DNA of 32,000 bases from an archaeon (GCA_024275415.1 JAJRZD010000058.1:2062-34061), one strand, 5' to 3'. Shown: positions 1 to 9,322, counted from the first letter of the stretch. A program made the numbers and translations. Notes: generated by a model from the sequence alone, not told the origin.

Positions 1-476
1 TGGAAACCCATCATCGCACTTGTTTCGATATACCCAGCCATACCTGCCTTCTCGGCGAACGCTCGTGCTTCCTCCTCATCGACCTCACGTTTGTTTCCGA
101 TGTCATACTTGGCACCGACAAGGAGGATCCTATCAGAAGACAGTGATTCCTTCATTAAGTCTAACCATTCAGAAAGATGCATGAATGTATGGAACCGTCC
201 GAGGTCGAAGACAAGAAGAGCACCCTTAGCACCTTTGGTCCAAATAGGGAGCATGAATCTGAAACGCTCTTCGCCCCCAGCATCCTTGATCGTGATTTTG
301 TGTTCGACACCGTCTACTACCAGTGTACAGACCTCGACGCCCATCCCCACGGTGATTCTCTGTGGAATATAGGCTCCTTCGGTAAGATGCTTTATCAACG
401 TACTCTTGCCAACACCACCCTCGCCAGCCACGAGAATGATCATGAGGCTTGTTTCCGAACTGCCCACAGTGTCCAT
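1..476 (-). CDS. Ras-superfamily (Rab-like) small GTPase, 3' end outside window
   Basis: Not in the ORF track; translated by hand from ATG at 476: MDTVGSSETSLMIILVAGEGGVGKSTL (G1) ... RITVG (G2) ... IKDAGGEERF (G3) ... LLVFD ... LVGAKYD (G4) ... YIETSA (G5). The frame is open to position 1. Confidence 0.92.
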   Translation of the reverse strand, partial: MDTVGSSETSLMIILVAGEGGVGKSTLIKHLTEGAYIPQRITVGMGVEVCTLVVDGVEHKITIKDAGGEERFRFMLPIWTKGAKGALLVFDLGRFHTFMHLSEWLDLMKESLSSDRILLVGAKYDIGNKREVDEEEARAFAEKAGMAGYIETSAMMGF

Positions 477-567
477 ACGGAGCACTCTCGCGTTTTATGT
501 TATTTACATTATCTTGTATCAATTCTTCACTAAATAGGACGCTGTGCGAAAGGTAAACTGATGATTT

Positions 568-1001
568 CAACGAAATTGTTTCTTCTTCGAAATACTGTGG
601 GATATTGTGTGATTCATCACATATGGCTAATTGTTGAGAATCACCGTTTATTGTACGTTGTATAAACTTTGACACCAGAGCGTTGTACTCCCAAAGAACG
701 GCGTTGGGTGGACTCTGGGAGTTCCTACGTGTGTCATGGATGACCTCATTGAATATGCCTCGTCGAAACTATACAAGCACCCACAGCAAGAGGTCTAGGA
801 TAGTCTAGGTTTTGTACAGCCGTTATCAACCCTTCAGGCGCATTTGTCCAAGTCTAGAAAATGACTGATCAACGTAGTCCTGCTTGAGATCGAATCCGAC
901 CGCATTCCGATCAAGGTCTTGAGCCGCTACAAGAGGTGTGCCACTTCCGACAAAAGGATCCAGAACCAACTCTCCTTTGTGATTGAACAGAGGGATGGAT
1001 A
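568..1001 (-). pseudogene. Truncated, interrupted paralogue of the N4/N6 DNA methyltransferase at 12403-13293
   Basis: Minus strand reads LFNHKGELVLDPFVGSGTPLVAAQDLDRNAVGFDLKQDYVDQSFSRLGQMRLK, then an insertion, then GDSQQLAICDESHNIPQYFEEETISL. This is collinear with the intact gene. Both ends, including the SPPY motif, are missing. Confidence 0.88.
646..830 (-). mobile_element. ~185-bp non-autonomous element, probably IS607-family-derived
   Basis: Absent from the intact paralogue at the aligned position and flanked by GG on both sides on the minus strand. One end has a 10-bp-period direct repeat (gtctagg at 793-799 and 803-809). The other end (minus strand gtttatacaacgtacaata, 649-667) resembles the 3' end of the IS607 remnant (gtttgtacaagttcaata, 5054-5071). 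Confidence 0.6.
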
Positions 1002-1058
1002 CCTGATTAATGCAAAAAAGACCTGTTTTCTCGTTGGGGCCAGACCTGATGACCGAGC

Positions 1059-1715
1059 TTACGGATAGTACAAATCCCAGTCTGGATGGAAGCTGTGGAT
1101 CATTGCCATTATCTCATTGTAGGCGTTCTCAGAGAAGTAGGGCTCAGGATTCTGCCATTGTCCGTCTTTGATTACCCCGAAATGGATATGGGCACTACCT
1201 CCGACATGCAGAAAATCGGCAATCTTCTCGCCAATGTCCACCCAGTCGCCTTCTTGGATTTCTAACATCTCCAGTTGGAGATCCTTGTCAGAAGAGTCCT
1301 GTGTCCATGGCTCGAAATTGTAATGCACAACAACAGACGCGTTGAACCTGATGACCACTGTGATGTAGAACCGGTTCTCCACGTTCTCACCGTTGTCAGA
1401 GATATCTATCGACTCGACCAGACCAGGTGCGGCAGCAATGACTGTAGAACCGTTCCTGAAGAAATAGTCAATCCCATTATGCACGAAGCCCCACGGGCAG
1501 TTGTCACTCTCGCTATATCCCTCGTTGAATGCTACAATGTCAGTTCTGTTCTCGTAGATGACTCCCATGTAGTCAAGCTCGTCCGCATCATAGCGACCTC
1601 CAGCGTCGAATGTAGGAGCCAATGGGGTTGAACCTTCGTTTGAACCTTTGAGGGCTACGACCACACCAATTCCCATGAGAAGTATTAGCAGGCATACCAC
1701 TGATTTTCGTGCCAT
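1059..1715 (-). CDS. Secreted or membrane-anchored M23-family metallopeptidase-like protein
   Basis: N-terminal hydrophobic signal/anchor; HNGID (HxxxD) and HIH (HxH) zinc motifs; VIAAAPGLV, GDWVDIGEKI and NPEPY segments typical of the M23 fold. Confidence 0.75.
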   Translation of the reverse strand: MARKSVVCLLILLMGIGVVVALKGSNEGSTPLAPTFDAGGRYDADELDYMGVIYENRTDIVAFNEGYSESDNCPWGFVHNGIDYFFRNGSTVIAAAPGLVESIDISDNGENVENRFYITVVIRFNASVVVHYNFEPWTQDSSDKDLQLEMLEIQEGDWVDIGEKIADFLHVGGSAHIHFGVIKDGQWQNPEPYFSENAYNEIMAMIHSFHPDWDLYYP

Positions 1716-1925
1716 ATAGAGATAGTGTGGGCAGTTCCTAAAAACATTTGTTCCAACTGTCTGGCACCATACTTTCGGAAACGGTAGTCTGTGAAGGCAC
1801 TCGCTGGCTTATTGGCGGTTGTCCGGAGCAGTGGAGGTAGTTGTCTTCACAGAGAGGCGAACTCGGAGCCAAGAAGGCATGACCCAACCCATATAGGTCA
1901 GGACATAGGACGGAGCCCTGATTAA

Positions 1926-1943
1926 GGAGCTGTGTGAAAAGTC
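1926..1943 (+). repeat. Solo IS903-group terminal inverted repeat
   Basis: GGAGCTGTGTGAAAAGTC matches the ends at 5262, 13345 and 19041; no partner end was found nearby. Confidence 0.65.
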
Positions 1944-2122
1944 TGACTGAACGCCATAGAATTGACGGTAGTCCGATTGACTCTGAAATCTTATGACCCA
2001 GTTATTGGACTAGAAGTTCTGATGATGATTAATACGTGGATGATAGAACCTTTGGACATTACTCAAACTTTTAATATCATCTTTCTGTGGACAGGTTCTT
2101 ACAAGAGCATTATCCGACGAGG

Positions 2123-2885
2123 GTGCTAGAAAACGGAAGGCATCGTACTATTAACAGTTAGTGGAATCCTAGGAATAGTTGCAGGTTTCGCATCAGGGCT
2201 TTTTGGAATAGGTGGCGGTTCTATCAGAATCCCCTTATTGAAAATAGCAGGGTTCAGCTTGATATCAGCCTATGGGATCAATATCCTGACGCTTCCTATT
2301 ACAGCCTCAATCGGTGCGGCTTCACAGAGAAAGAATATTGACTATCGGCTTGGGCTGTATATGGTTCTAGGTGGGTCCCTGGGAACGGTCATCGGAACCT
2401 TCATTGCATTCTCGATAGCGACCTCAGAAATACTCCTCGCGATTGTCTTCTTCCTCGCATCGATAACAGCGGTTGTCGCGCTGAACCTGAAACGAATCGC
2501 TCCAGAAACAACGGACGGTCTTGTGGCTTCGCGGGAAAGTGTTTCTATTGGTACTTGCACATGTAATGTCTTGACTGGGATAAGGGGAGGAAGCGAAGGC
2601 TCACTATTCGTTCCACTCCTTACTGCTCTGAATGTTGATACTCACAGAGCCATCGCAACGTCTCTCTTTGCGGCTGTCTTTACGGCTACGGTCGGCATCT
2701 TCATGTATTGGAGCAACGGATACCTTTTGATACCAGAGGGGCTTGCCGTCGTCATCGGTTCCGTGGTGGGTGCGCGACTAGGGAGTCGTGTGTCACTCAA
2801 GACGAGATCCAGGGTCTTGGAGTTAGGTCTCACAGCTGTCATCCTTGTCTTGGCATTCATAACACTGCTGACCACCTTGGCCTAG
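2123..2885 (+). CDS. TauE/SafE (TSUP) family membrane transporter; likely 5' frameshift
   Basis: GFASGLFGIGGGSIRIPLL lies in frame upstream of the listed ORF start; second repeat GIRGGSEGSLFVPLL; AIATSL motif. The likely start GTG at 2123 is one base out of frame across an A4 run (2130-2133). Confidence 0.82.
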
Positions 2886-3088
2886 GCAGAGTGAATCCGA
2901 GAAACAGTCATGGCAAATGGACTAGACTCCTATGTGAAGTCATTTACAAGTTCCTTAAGATGCTTGATTTTTTTCTAGTATATTCATCCACAACTTGCCA
3001 TTTGAACCAGTAATGTTCAAGTTCACCTTGGTGATATGTGCTTGTTGGCAACCTCAAAAATGAAGGGCGGGCAATAGGCGGCTTGATA

Positions 3089-3670
3089 GTGGAAAGGATA
3101 ATGGTTTTCATCGATGGCATGAACTTTCGCAGGGCGTGGATATCTGTTTGTACGGAGAGGGGCATGCCAAGACGTACTCGATTCGATGTGGTCAAACTGC
3201 GAAACCTATTGTCCGCGCTATCACCAGATCGTGAAGTAGTAAGAATACACTACTACAGCTCCACAATCCCACCAAAGGACTCGAAATACTACAACAATCT
3301 GAATAGCATCGACCCACGAGGCTTCAATGGAATGCTGAAGAGGAAAGGCTACAAGTGCTTCATTCTGAAAAATCGAGTCAGACATGAAAAATGTCCTCTC
3401 TGCGGGGAGAGATTCCCCATTGTCAAGGAGAAGGGTGTTGATGTTATGATTGCACTTGATATGATGATGAAAGGGATTGAAAATGCATTCGATGTGGCTC
3501 TGCTTGTCAGCGGTGATGCTGATTTCATACCAGTTGTGAATCTGCTCACCAAGAAAGGGAAGAAAGTGGAGGTCGCACAGTTTAGTAATGCTATCTCATG
3601 GTTCTTGAGAAAGTCAGTGAATAGAGTCTATGATCTTGACGGACATTTCGATGGTCTTGTTCTAAAATGA
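3089..3670 (+). CDS. NYN-domain (LabA/DUF88-like) ribonuclease
   Basis: VFIDGMNF, EKGVDVMIALDM and LVSGDADFIPVV motifs; internal CPLCGE. GTG at 3089 is the likely start. Confidence 0.9.
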   Translation: MERIMVFIDGMNFRRAWISVCTERGMPRRTRFDVVKLRNLLSALSPDREVVRIHYYSSTIPPKDSKYYNNLNSIDPRGFNGMLKRKGYKCFILKNRVRHEKCPLCGERFPIVKEKGVDVMIALDMMMKGIENAFDVALLVSGDADFIPVVNLLTKKGKKVEVAQFSNAISWFLRKSVNRVYDLDGHFDGLVLK

Positions 3671-4073
3671 ATGAAAGGCGAGGCAGTCAGTCATTTCGGT
3701 AGAGAATTACGACTGCTACGAGACTTAGTCTACTGCCCGCCGCGTCGTAATGTAGTTCATGATGAATATTAATAAACATAACGGAACTTTGAAACGATTT
3801 CAGAGAATCCGCATTATGAAAGGCATTATAGATACGGTCTGCTGTGTCTTCAATGACGTACCGGATCTGTGCATAGTTGCCCCAAAGATGAAGAATGTCT
3901 AGATTTGCCTATGTCTATTGTTGCTTGATGCGCTTTACGCAGGCATCGTCATCCTCAGCCCGAGTTTCGGTCCAATCGAAAAAAGATGCAACTCCGATTC
4001 TGATTCTTAGATCTGTATGGATATCATAACGACAGCTGTGTATAAATAGGGATGATATGGATATGTATCAGAG

Positions 4074-4298
4074 ATGGGACTAATGTCAAAAAACATCATG
4101 ATCAGCAATGAGGTCTATTCACGACTTCGAGCTATAAAGAGAGATGATGAGTCATTCAGCGATTTGATCCGAAGACTCCTGAATTACCAGAGAACAAGTC
4201 TACTTGACCTCGCGGGAGAATGGCCATTTTCTGCAAGAGAAACCAGTGAGAAAGAAAAACAGTTAGAGGAAACCTGGCAGAAAGGGTGGCGTAAATGA
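4074..4298 (+). CDS. vapB: VapB-family antitoxin
   Basis: MSKNIMISNEVYSRLRAIKRDDESFSDLIRRLL is a typical archaeal antitoxin pattern; 4-nt overlap with a PIN gene. Confidence 0.85.
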   Translation: MGLMSKNIMISNEVYSRLRAIKRDDESFSDLIRRLLNYQRTSLLDLAGEWPFSARETSEKEKQLEETWQKGWRK

Positions 4299-4711
4299 CT
4301 CTATTATCATTGGACACATCATTTCTGATAGATTTTCTGGCAGGTGAGTCATCGGCCGTAGAGAAAATGAAGCAAATAGAAATCGATGGAGATATGACAT
4401 CTGTATCAAGTGTTGTCGTATACGAGCTACTCGTCCTGTCAGCAGATGACCGAAAACCAAACCGAGCTCAGAAAGCAATCAATACAGTAGAATCACTCCT
4501 CTCCAGGATAGGGGTTATATGGCCATTTAACACCAGTGTAGCACGACTTGCTGCAGAAATACAGAGAATTCAGATGCTTAAGGGAAAACCTGTTAGTGTT
4601 CGTGACTTGTTCATAGCTGCTTCATCTTTAGCAAATGGTTGCAACACAGTGATTACGAAGAATGTTAGAGATTTTGAAGTTATAGACGGGATCAAAGTTG
4701 AATCGTATTGA
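4295..4711 (+). CDS. vapC: VapC PIN-domain toxin
   Basis: LDTSFLID, VVYEL, RDLFIAA and ITKNVRDF PIN motifs. Confidence 0.9.
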   Translation: MTLLSLDTSFLIDFLAGESSAVEKMKQIEIDGDMTSVSSVVVYELLVLSADDRKPNRAQKAINTVESLLSRIGVIWPFNTSVARLAAEIQRIQMLKGKPVSVRDLFIAASSLANGCNTVITKNVRDFEVIDGIKVESY

Positions 4712-4814
4712 AACAATAATCAGAACGAAATGTGGGGTAAGACCAAGATGATTAGTATCAAACGTAGTCATGAAAATGACACCGTACTAGCAGAAAGTAA
4801 AAAACTTACCAATC

Positions 4815-5075
4815 TTGTCATCAGGCATTGTAGTCAGAACCGTAATTATAGCAAGACGTCTTGGGGTGTCACCTTCCACCTTGAGGAGGTGGGAACGCAA
4901 AGGGGCATATATACCACGTAATACGACACTAATGCAGTGCAGGTCCTGCGGACAAGCTGTGGACCGTCACACCAATGCTGCCATGACCTATGCTAACCGA
5001 GCCCTGTCCGCATACCAGGGCTCAATCCAGGCTTCTCCTTGCGGAGGTGACACGTTTGTACAAGTTCAATAGTAT
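4815..5075 (+). mobile_element. Internally deleted IS607-family element (TnpA HTH joined to TnpB C-terminus)
   Basis: ARRLGVSPSTLRRWERKG (MerR-type HTH of IS607 TnpA) runs in frame into CRSCGQAVDRHTNAA..ANRAL (TnpB zinc-finger/RuvC-III tail). Exact element ends are not resolved. Confidence 0.75.
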
Positions 5076-5261
5076 GCGTATGTCAGTTTTAGGTGACATA
5101 CAATCATTAAAAACTATGACAATGAGGATGAATAGCAGCTCGTAAGATTCCCTTTTCAAAATCACATCTATCATTAACCCCAGCATCCCGTTATTCTCTT
5201 GCTTTAATGAATTACTTGATACCATCATAACTGACTGTGATGCGAACAATGGCACAATTTC

Positions 5262-5999
5262 GGCTCTGTGTGAAAAGTCACCTCCCGTCGCACTCCAAGA
5301 AGTCCAGTCGTGCTATGTTGTGAAGAATGACCTTGAACAACAACCCTCGACGCTGCTCCTTGTATCTTCTTGGACTCGACCCTCCACCAGACCTCACCTT
5401 CACCATCCCAAAAACGGTCTCCACAAGACTCCTCTTTCCATAGCTGTGTTTCTTTTTCCACTCCCTTGGATCTCTCCGGTACTCCCTGATCAACTCCTTG
5501 TATCCTCGATAACCCCGTGACCAGGCTTCCAACCTCTTCTTCGATCCTAGAGCTGGATAGGCTCCCAGGTCATGGATGTATTGGACGTCCTTTCGGGAGA
5601 TGTAGGCCTTGTCCCCGTAGACATACTGGAGGGATCGATGAACCACTCGTTTCAGGGACTGTTGAAGGACGGAGTAGGAGGGAGGTCGCTTGAGACCGAG
5701 TCGGTCAAGGAGGAGTGGGGTGAAGCCAAGTTGAGCAACAAAGATCCGGTAGATGAGTCCAGAGTCGGACTTGAGGCCCAGGAGGACAAAGAGAGCAGGG
5801 AGTGGAAAGTCAGGAGGTCTTCCGAAAGGAGAGGTTTTGAAAGGTATCATATTGCTAAGCTTGATAAGTCCATCGAGTAAGACCTGATAGTGACGAGACC
5901 TGGCTGTGTCGTATGATGACTGGTAGGACATGAATTATGTGATCCAGTGGGTCTGGTCACATATCCTTGTATTACTTCTTCGACTTTTCACACAGAGCC
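5262..5999 (-). mobile_element. IS5-family (IS903-group-like) insertion sequence, internally deleted
   Basis: Perfect 18-bp TIRs: GGCTCTGTGTGAAAAGTC (5262-5279) and its reverse complement (5982-5999). Encloses a transposase ORF. No matching 9-bp duplication on its own flanks. Confidence 0.9.
5278..5931 (-). pseudogene. IS5/IS903-group DDE transposase lacking its central region
   Basis: YGDKAY (second catalytic D) and YGKRSLVETVFGMVK (YREK-type motif) are present. The first catalytic-Asp segment is not visible between PPSYSVL and VYGDKAY; the ORF is only 217 aa. Confidence 0.82.
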
Positions 6000-6972
6000 C
6001 AATATCTCCAAAGGTTTTAATTCCTCTTTCTGCACCAATTGCATCAGATCTTGTCGTAGTCATGAATAATGATGACAAGGTATCAGCTGCTGTGAAGCAA
6101 TTCAAGAGGGAATGAAGAACATTAAGATAGTCACCTTTGGCTCAATAGATTTTATCCTATCCATATCGAGAATCATTGAGAAAACAGTTTGGGTTTCTCA
6201 TGGATATGAAGATGGAATATTAACGCTTAGCACCAAAGTCAGCTAGAAGGACTTTAGTGGCTATATCGATAAGACACCTCGAAAAGACATTGTATTAGCC
6301 TGTGAATCTAACAATTTGAAGAATTACATTTCACCTCAGGATGCCATTGTTTCTGATGGATCTGTTGAAGCTCATGTCATGGGATTTACAGTTGCAGCTG
6401 TCCTTCTGGCATCATCCAAAGGGCTCGGGAATCCTGAAACCCATGCATCTGTGAACAAAGCCTTTGATGCAATCAATGATATAGCTACTGGTGCTTCAGA
6501 ACCTCTCTTTCTTGGTTTAATTCCCGCATGGTGGTTGCTTACCAAAATTGCTTTGATCAGTATTCTGACAGCATGGTGTTTTACTACTGCTGAATCACAA
6601 GTACCTGCAGCTCTTGCTGAAGCAGTACATCCAATACTCATTATTTTCGGAATCGCATTCATCTTCAGTACATTTTCTTCACTGTTGTTGCTTCTGGTTC
6701 AAGATGCATTTCCGGGATTCTCGTCTTTCCTATCGATTGTTTCTGTATTTCTAAACTTATTAGCAGGACTGGCAATTCAAAAAATCATCCAAGGTGCATT
6801 GCATGGCGGTGCATACCTGCTTGGCTTAGCAGCTGGAAAAGCCGCTAGTTTGACTGGTGCAAGTGTTTCGTGGTCTCAACCATGGATTAGAGCAGCTTTT
6901 GCAGCATCTGCTGCAATACTCGCTGTTTCCATCATTGACTTTATAGTGGTTACAGTCTATACACTGATGTAA
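6000..6972 (+). pseudogene. Degraded gene: caspase/CHAT-like His-Cys motifs followed by a multi-pass hydrophobic region
   Basis: The frame of the 6316 ORF extends upstream through a TAG at 6244-6246: KTVWVSHGYEDGIL...*...KDIVLACES. A further upstream piece (DLVVVMNNDDKVSAAVKQF) is one frameshift away. The downstream 218 aa are largely hydrophobic helices. Confidence 0.5.
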
Positions 6973-7046
6973 TCCGGTAAATGGTGGAATCCTTGAGCGA
7001 TTAAATATCACCACAACAGCAGCAATATCCAATCAAGTTTCCAAAA

Positions 7047-7730
7047 ATGCAACTATATCTTCGATGGACTGCTATATCCGGACTACTCATTGCTATGTTT
7101 TATCTCGTAATTCAAAGAACTGGGATTCCTCCTGATGCAACAGGGGTAATCCCTACAATCTCTTTCATCACCTTTGTAAGTCTTGCAGGACTATTGATGT
7201 TCTTAGAAATCATGATTCTGGGTGCAACATTGTCTTTAAGCATTTGGCGTTCAGCTGCAATAACTTGGGTCACATCAAATAGTGAAGAAAAGATTACACC
7301 ATCGGACATCCAGCTACTACGAAGAGCTGCTGCAATTCCTTACAGAAACGTACAGATTGGTATCTCACCTTTGGCTCTTGCATTAGTACTTGCTATAGTT
7401 TCTCTCCCAATCGGTAAGACTCTCATCACATCTCCCGAACTTGAATTAGTCGACTGGATTCTAGTTATGACATGGGTTTCTCTTGGTTTTAATATCCTGA
7501 TTGAATATAGTCATATGCGACTGGAAACCAAGTATTCCCAACTACCTGAAGCACAACTGGTTCAGACTCTAACCATAGCAAATCCTGTTCGAGTACCATT
7601 TTCCGGTATCATCGATGTGCTAGATTCCCCAGCACCAGAGAAAAATCCAAGGATATATCTAATGGTGCTTGTCCTGCTTGTTATTTTATGGAGTATGTCT
7701 GTGATTATCCTCTCTGGATTGCTTCAATGA
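7047..7730 (+). CDS. Hypothetical integral membrane protein
   Basis: 227-aa ORF with about five hydrophobic segments; no family recognised. Confidence 0.65.
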   Translation: MQLYLRWTAISGLLIAMFYLVIQRTGIPPDATGVIPTISFITFVSLAGLLMFLEIMILGATLSLSIWRSAAITWVTSNSEEKITPSDIQLLRRAAAIPYRNVQIGISPLALALVLAIVSLPIGKTLITSPELELVDWILVMTWVSLGFNILIEYSHMRLETKYSQLPEAQLVQTLTIANPVRVPFSGIIDVLDSPAPEKNPRIYLMVLVLLVILWSMSVIILSGLLQ

Positions 7731-7790
7731 TGGACATATCGTTTATGGGACTAGGAATTCCTACAAGAAAAGCTAGAAGAAAAATGGCGT

Positions 7791-8033
7791 CTATTGCTTC
7801 AAGAAAAACTCCCAGATCTCCCGAAAAGTTTCAGTCCCGTATGTATACCCATTATATGGCATAAGGCCAGTCTTTCCTGATGCCCTGTTTTGATGGTGAC
7901 AGGGTAAGTCTGAAATCTTCACAGGATGGCAATCATGTTCCAAGTATGCAGCCCAGAGTGTGTTGAACACAGCGTGAGGACTTGTTCCGATTGTGGTGAA
8001 CCAAGACCCTCTTAGAGAGTCTATCATATTCAT
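7791..8033 (-). pseudogene. N-terminal fragment of a CARF-like protein
   Basis: WFTTIGTSPHAVFNTLWAAYLEHDCHPVKI matches the first strand-helix-strand of CARF proteins; similarity is lost after about 40 aa. Confidence 0.55.
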
Positions 8034-8103
8034 GCTTCAGCAATGGTGGCTACAGCAGATTAGATTAACCCATCTACAAACTTTGCAGTTCCTGATAGCA
8101 CCA

Positions 8104-9255
8104 TTATTGAGGGTTTGGTTCGGTCATAGAATGTTCGAGTAGCCTCCTCACCTGACTGAGCAATAATCTACTTATCCGTGATAGAGAAGGTAGTTTTAGC
8201 TTTCTAAGTGTGTTTTTAGAAATTGGTCTTTTGAGGTAATCAAATCTATGGAATGCCATGAATAGCACTTCTGTCGCAGAACCTCGTCCAGCTTTTCTCT
8301 TACCCTGTTTACTAGTCATTCCTCCCAATCCTTTGACCCAATTCTCATGGATAGTTCTTGCCTTTCCCGATGATAATTTACTTATTCGTAGATAATTCTG
8401 ATGATGTTGATTCCACAAATTCTTGAATTTACCCTTTGAGAAGGTAATGACATCTGCTTTGGCTATAATCCCATCTGGATAGACCCAAAAGAAAGCTGAC
8501 CAGTTTTGGGTCGATTGGGGTGGTTCAAAACGAGCTGGGAGCAAGATTCCTTGTAATCCTTTCTCCATGTATTCAAGTTGCCTGGTGCTTGATTGTACAT
8601 ATAGACCTGAAAACTCGCTTTCGATCTCCTTGTGAATCTTCTTTAATTCTTGAGATGTTTGCCTTCTTGTCATTGGACTCGGAGGTGTTTCCACATACAC
8701 ATTGGCAACATCGGTGACAAAGCTCTCAAGATGCCCAGTAGTATAGAGATCCTCGATTGCAGTCTGAACCGAACCATCATCCAATTCTAGATCGTCCGAA
8801 TCTCTGTCTATAGCAATGTTATGTTCCCAGGACATTTCTTCTAAATACAGACCCTGAATGGCATCAACAGTTTCTGCGCTCAAGTGTGCAAGAAACGAAT
8901 CGCCTCTCATAGCTAATAGACTTCTGATGAAGTTGATATACGATGCAGTAAATGGTTCGCCTTTTGACAGTTCAATGTCACTAACAACAATGGTCACATC
9001 CTTCTTCATGTATGGTGTGCGTTTGACTCCTTTCTGTATACTGACAAAATCCGATGCTTGGGCATGGGGTACTTCACCTCTCCTGATAGAAACGGTAGGC
9101 GGAGGTGCTAACGATCGAGTGCCAAACATCTCGTCCATCCTCTTATTAGCCGCATCCATCAGAGGATTCCATTGTTTGGAAAACCGCCATATTTGATATT
9201 TCCATTTTCCTCTGAACCATACCCATACGAAGAATGCAGTAATAGTGAAAGACAC
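8104..9255 (-). CDS. Hypothetical protein (383 aa)
   Basis: Long open frame with short hydrophobic N-terminus and protein-like composition; family not recognised. Confidence 0.7.
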   Translation of the reverse strand: MSFTITAFFVWVWFRGKWKYQIWRFSKQWNPLMDAANKRMDEMFGTRSLAPPPTVSIRRGEVPHAQASDFVSIQKGVKRTPYMKKDVTIVVSDIELSKGEPFTASYINFIRSLLAMRGDSFLAHLSAETVDAIQGLYLEEMSWEHNIAIDRDSDDLELDDGSVQTAIEDLYTTGHLESFVTDVANVYVETPPSPMTRRQTSQELKKIHKEIESEFSGLYVQSSTRQLEYMEKGLQGILLPARFEPPQSTQNWSAFFWVYPDGIIAKADVITFSKGKFKNLWNQHHQNYLRISKLSSGKARTIHENWVKGLGGMTSKQGKRKAGRGSATEVLFMAFHRFDYLKRPISKNTLRKLKLPSLSRISRLLLSQVRRLLEHSMTEPNPQ

Positions 9256-9322
9256 AGCCGCATTAATGATTATCTCAAATATCGCTATTTGGATGGCGAA
9301 CCCCTCCTACGAATATCATTAG

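Noticed and set aside
226-675. 149-aa minus-strand ORF in the track
   Set aside because: Chimeric artefact: it starts inside the insertion, reads a short methylase remnant, then runs out of frame over the real GTPase gene.
643-831. Insertion as an archaeal intron (removing 646-831, 186 nt, with an ACC repeat restores RLKGDSQQ in frame)
   Set aside because: The host gene is truncated at both ends, I could not find a bulge-helix-bulge motif, and the ends resemble the IS607 remnant. The boundary ambiguity (GG core versus 3-bp duplication) remains.
3089-3670. NYN gene as a type III ancillary nuclease
   Set aside because: It lies about 12 kb from the ancillary block, beyond several mobile elements, with no evidence of linkage.
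3700-4030. Stop-interrupted reading frame on the minus strand
   Set aside because: No recognisable motif; cannot distinguish a decayed gene from chance.
5255-6006. 7-bp near-duplication CAATTTC / CAATATC around the IS
   Set aside because: It has a mismatch, and the same ends make a perfect 9-bp duplication at 19032/19173. Kept only as an alternative to the composite-transposon reading.
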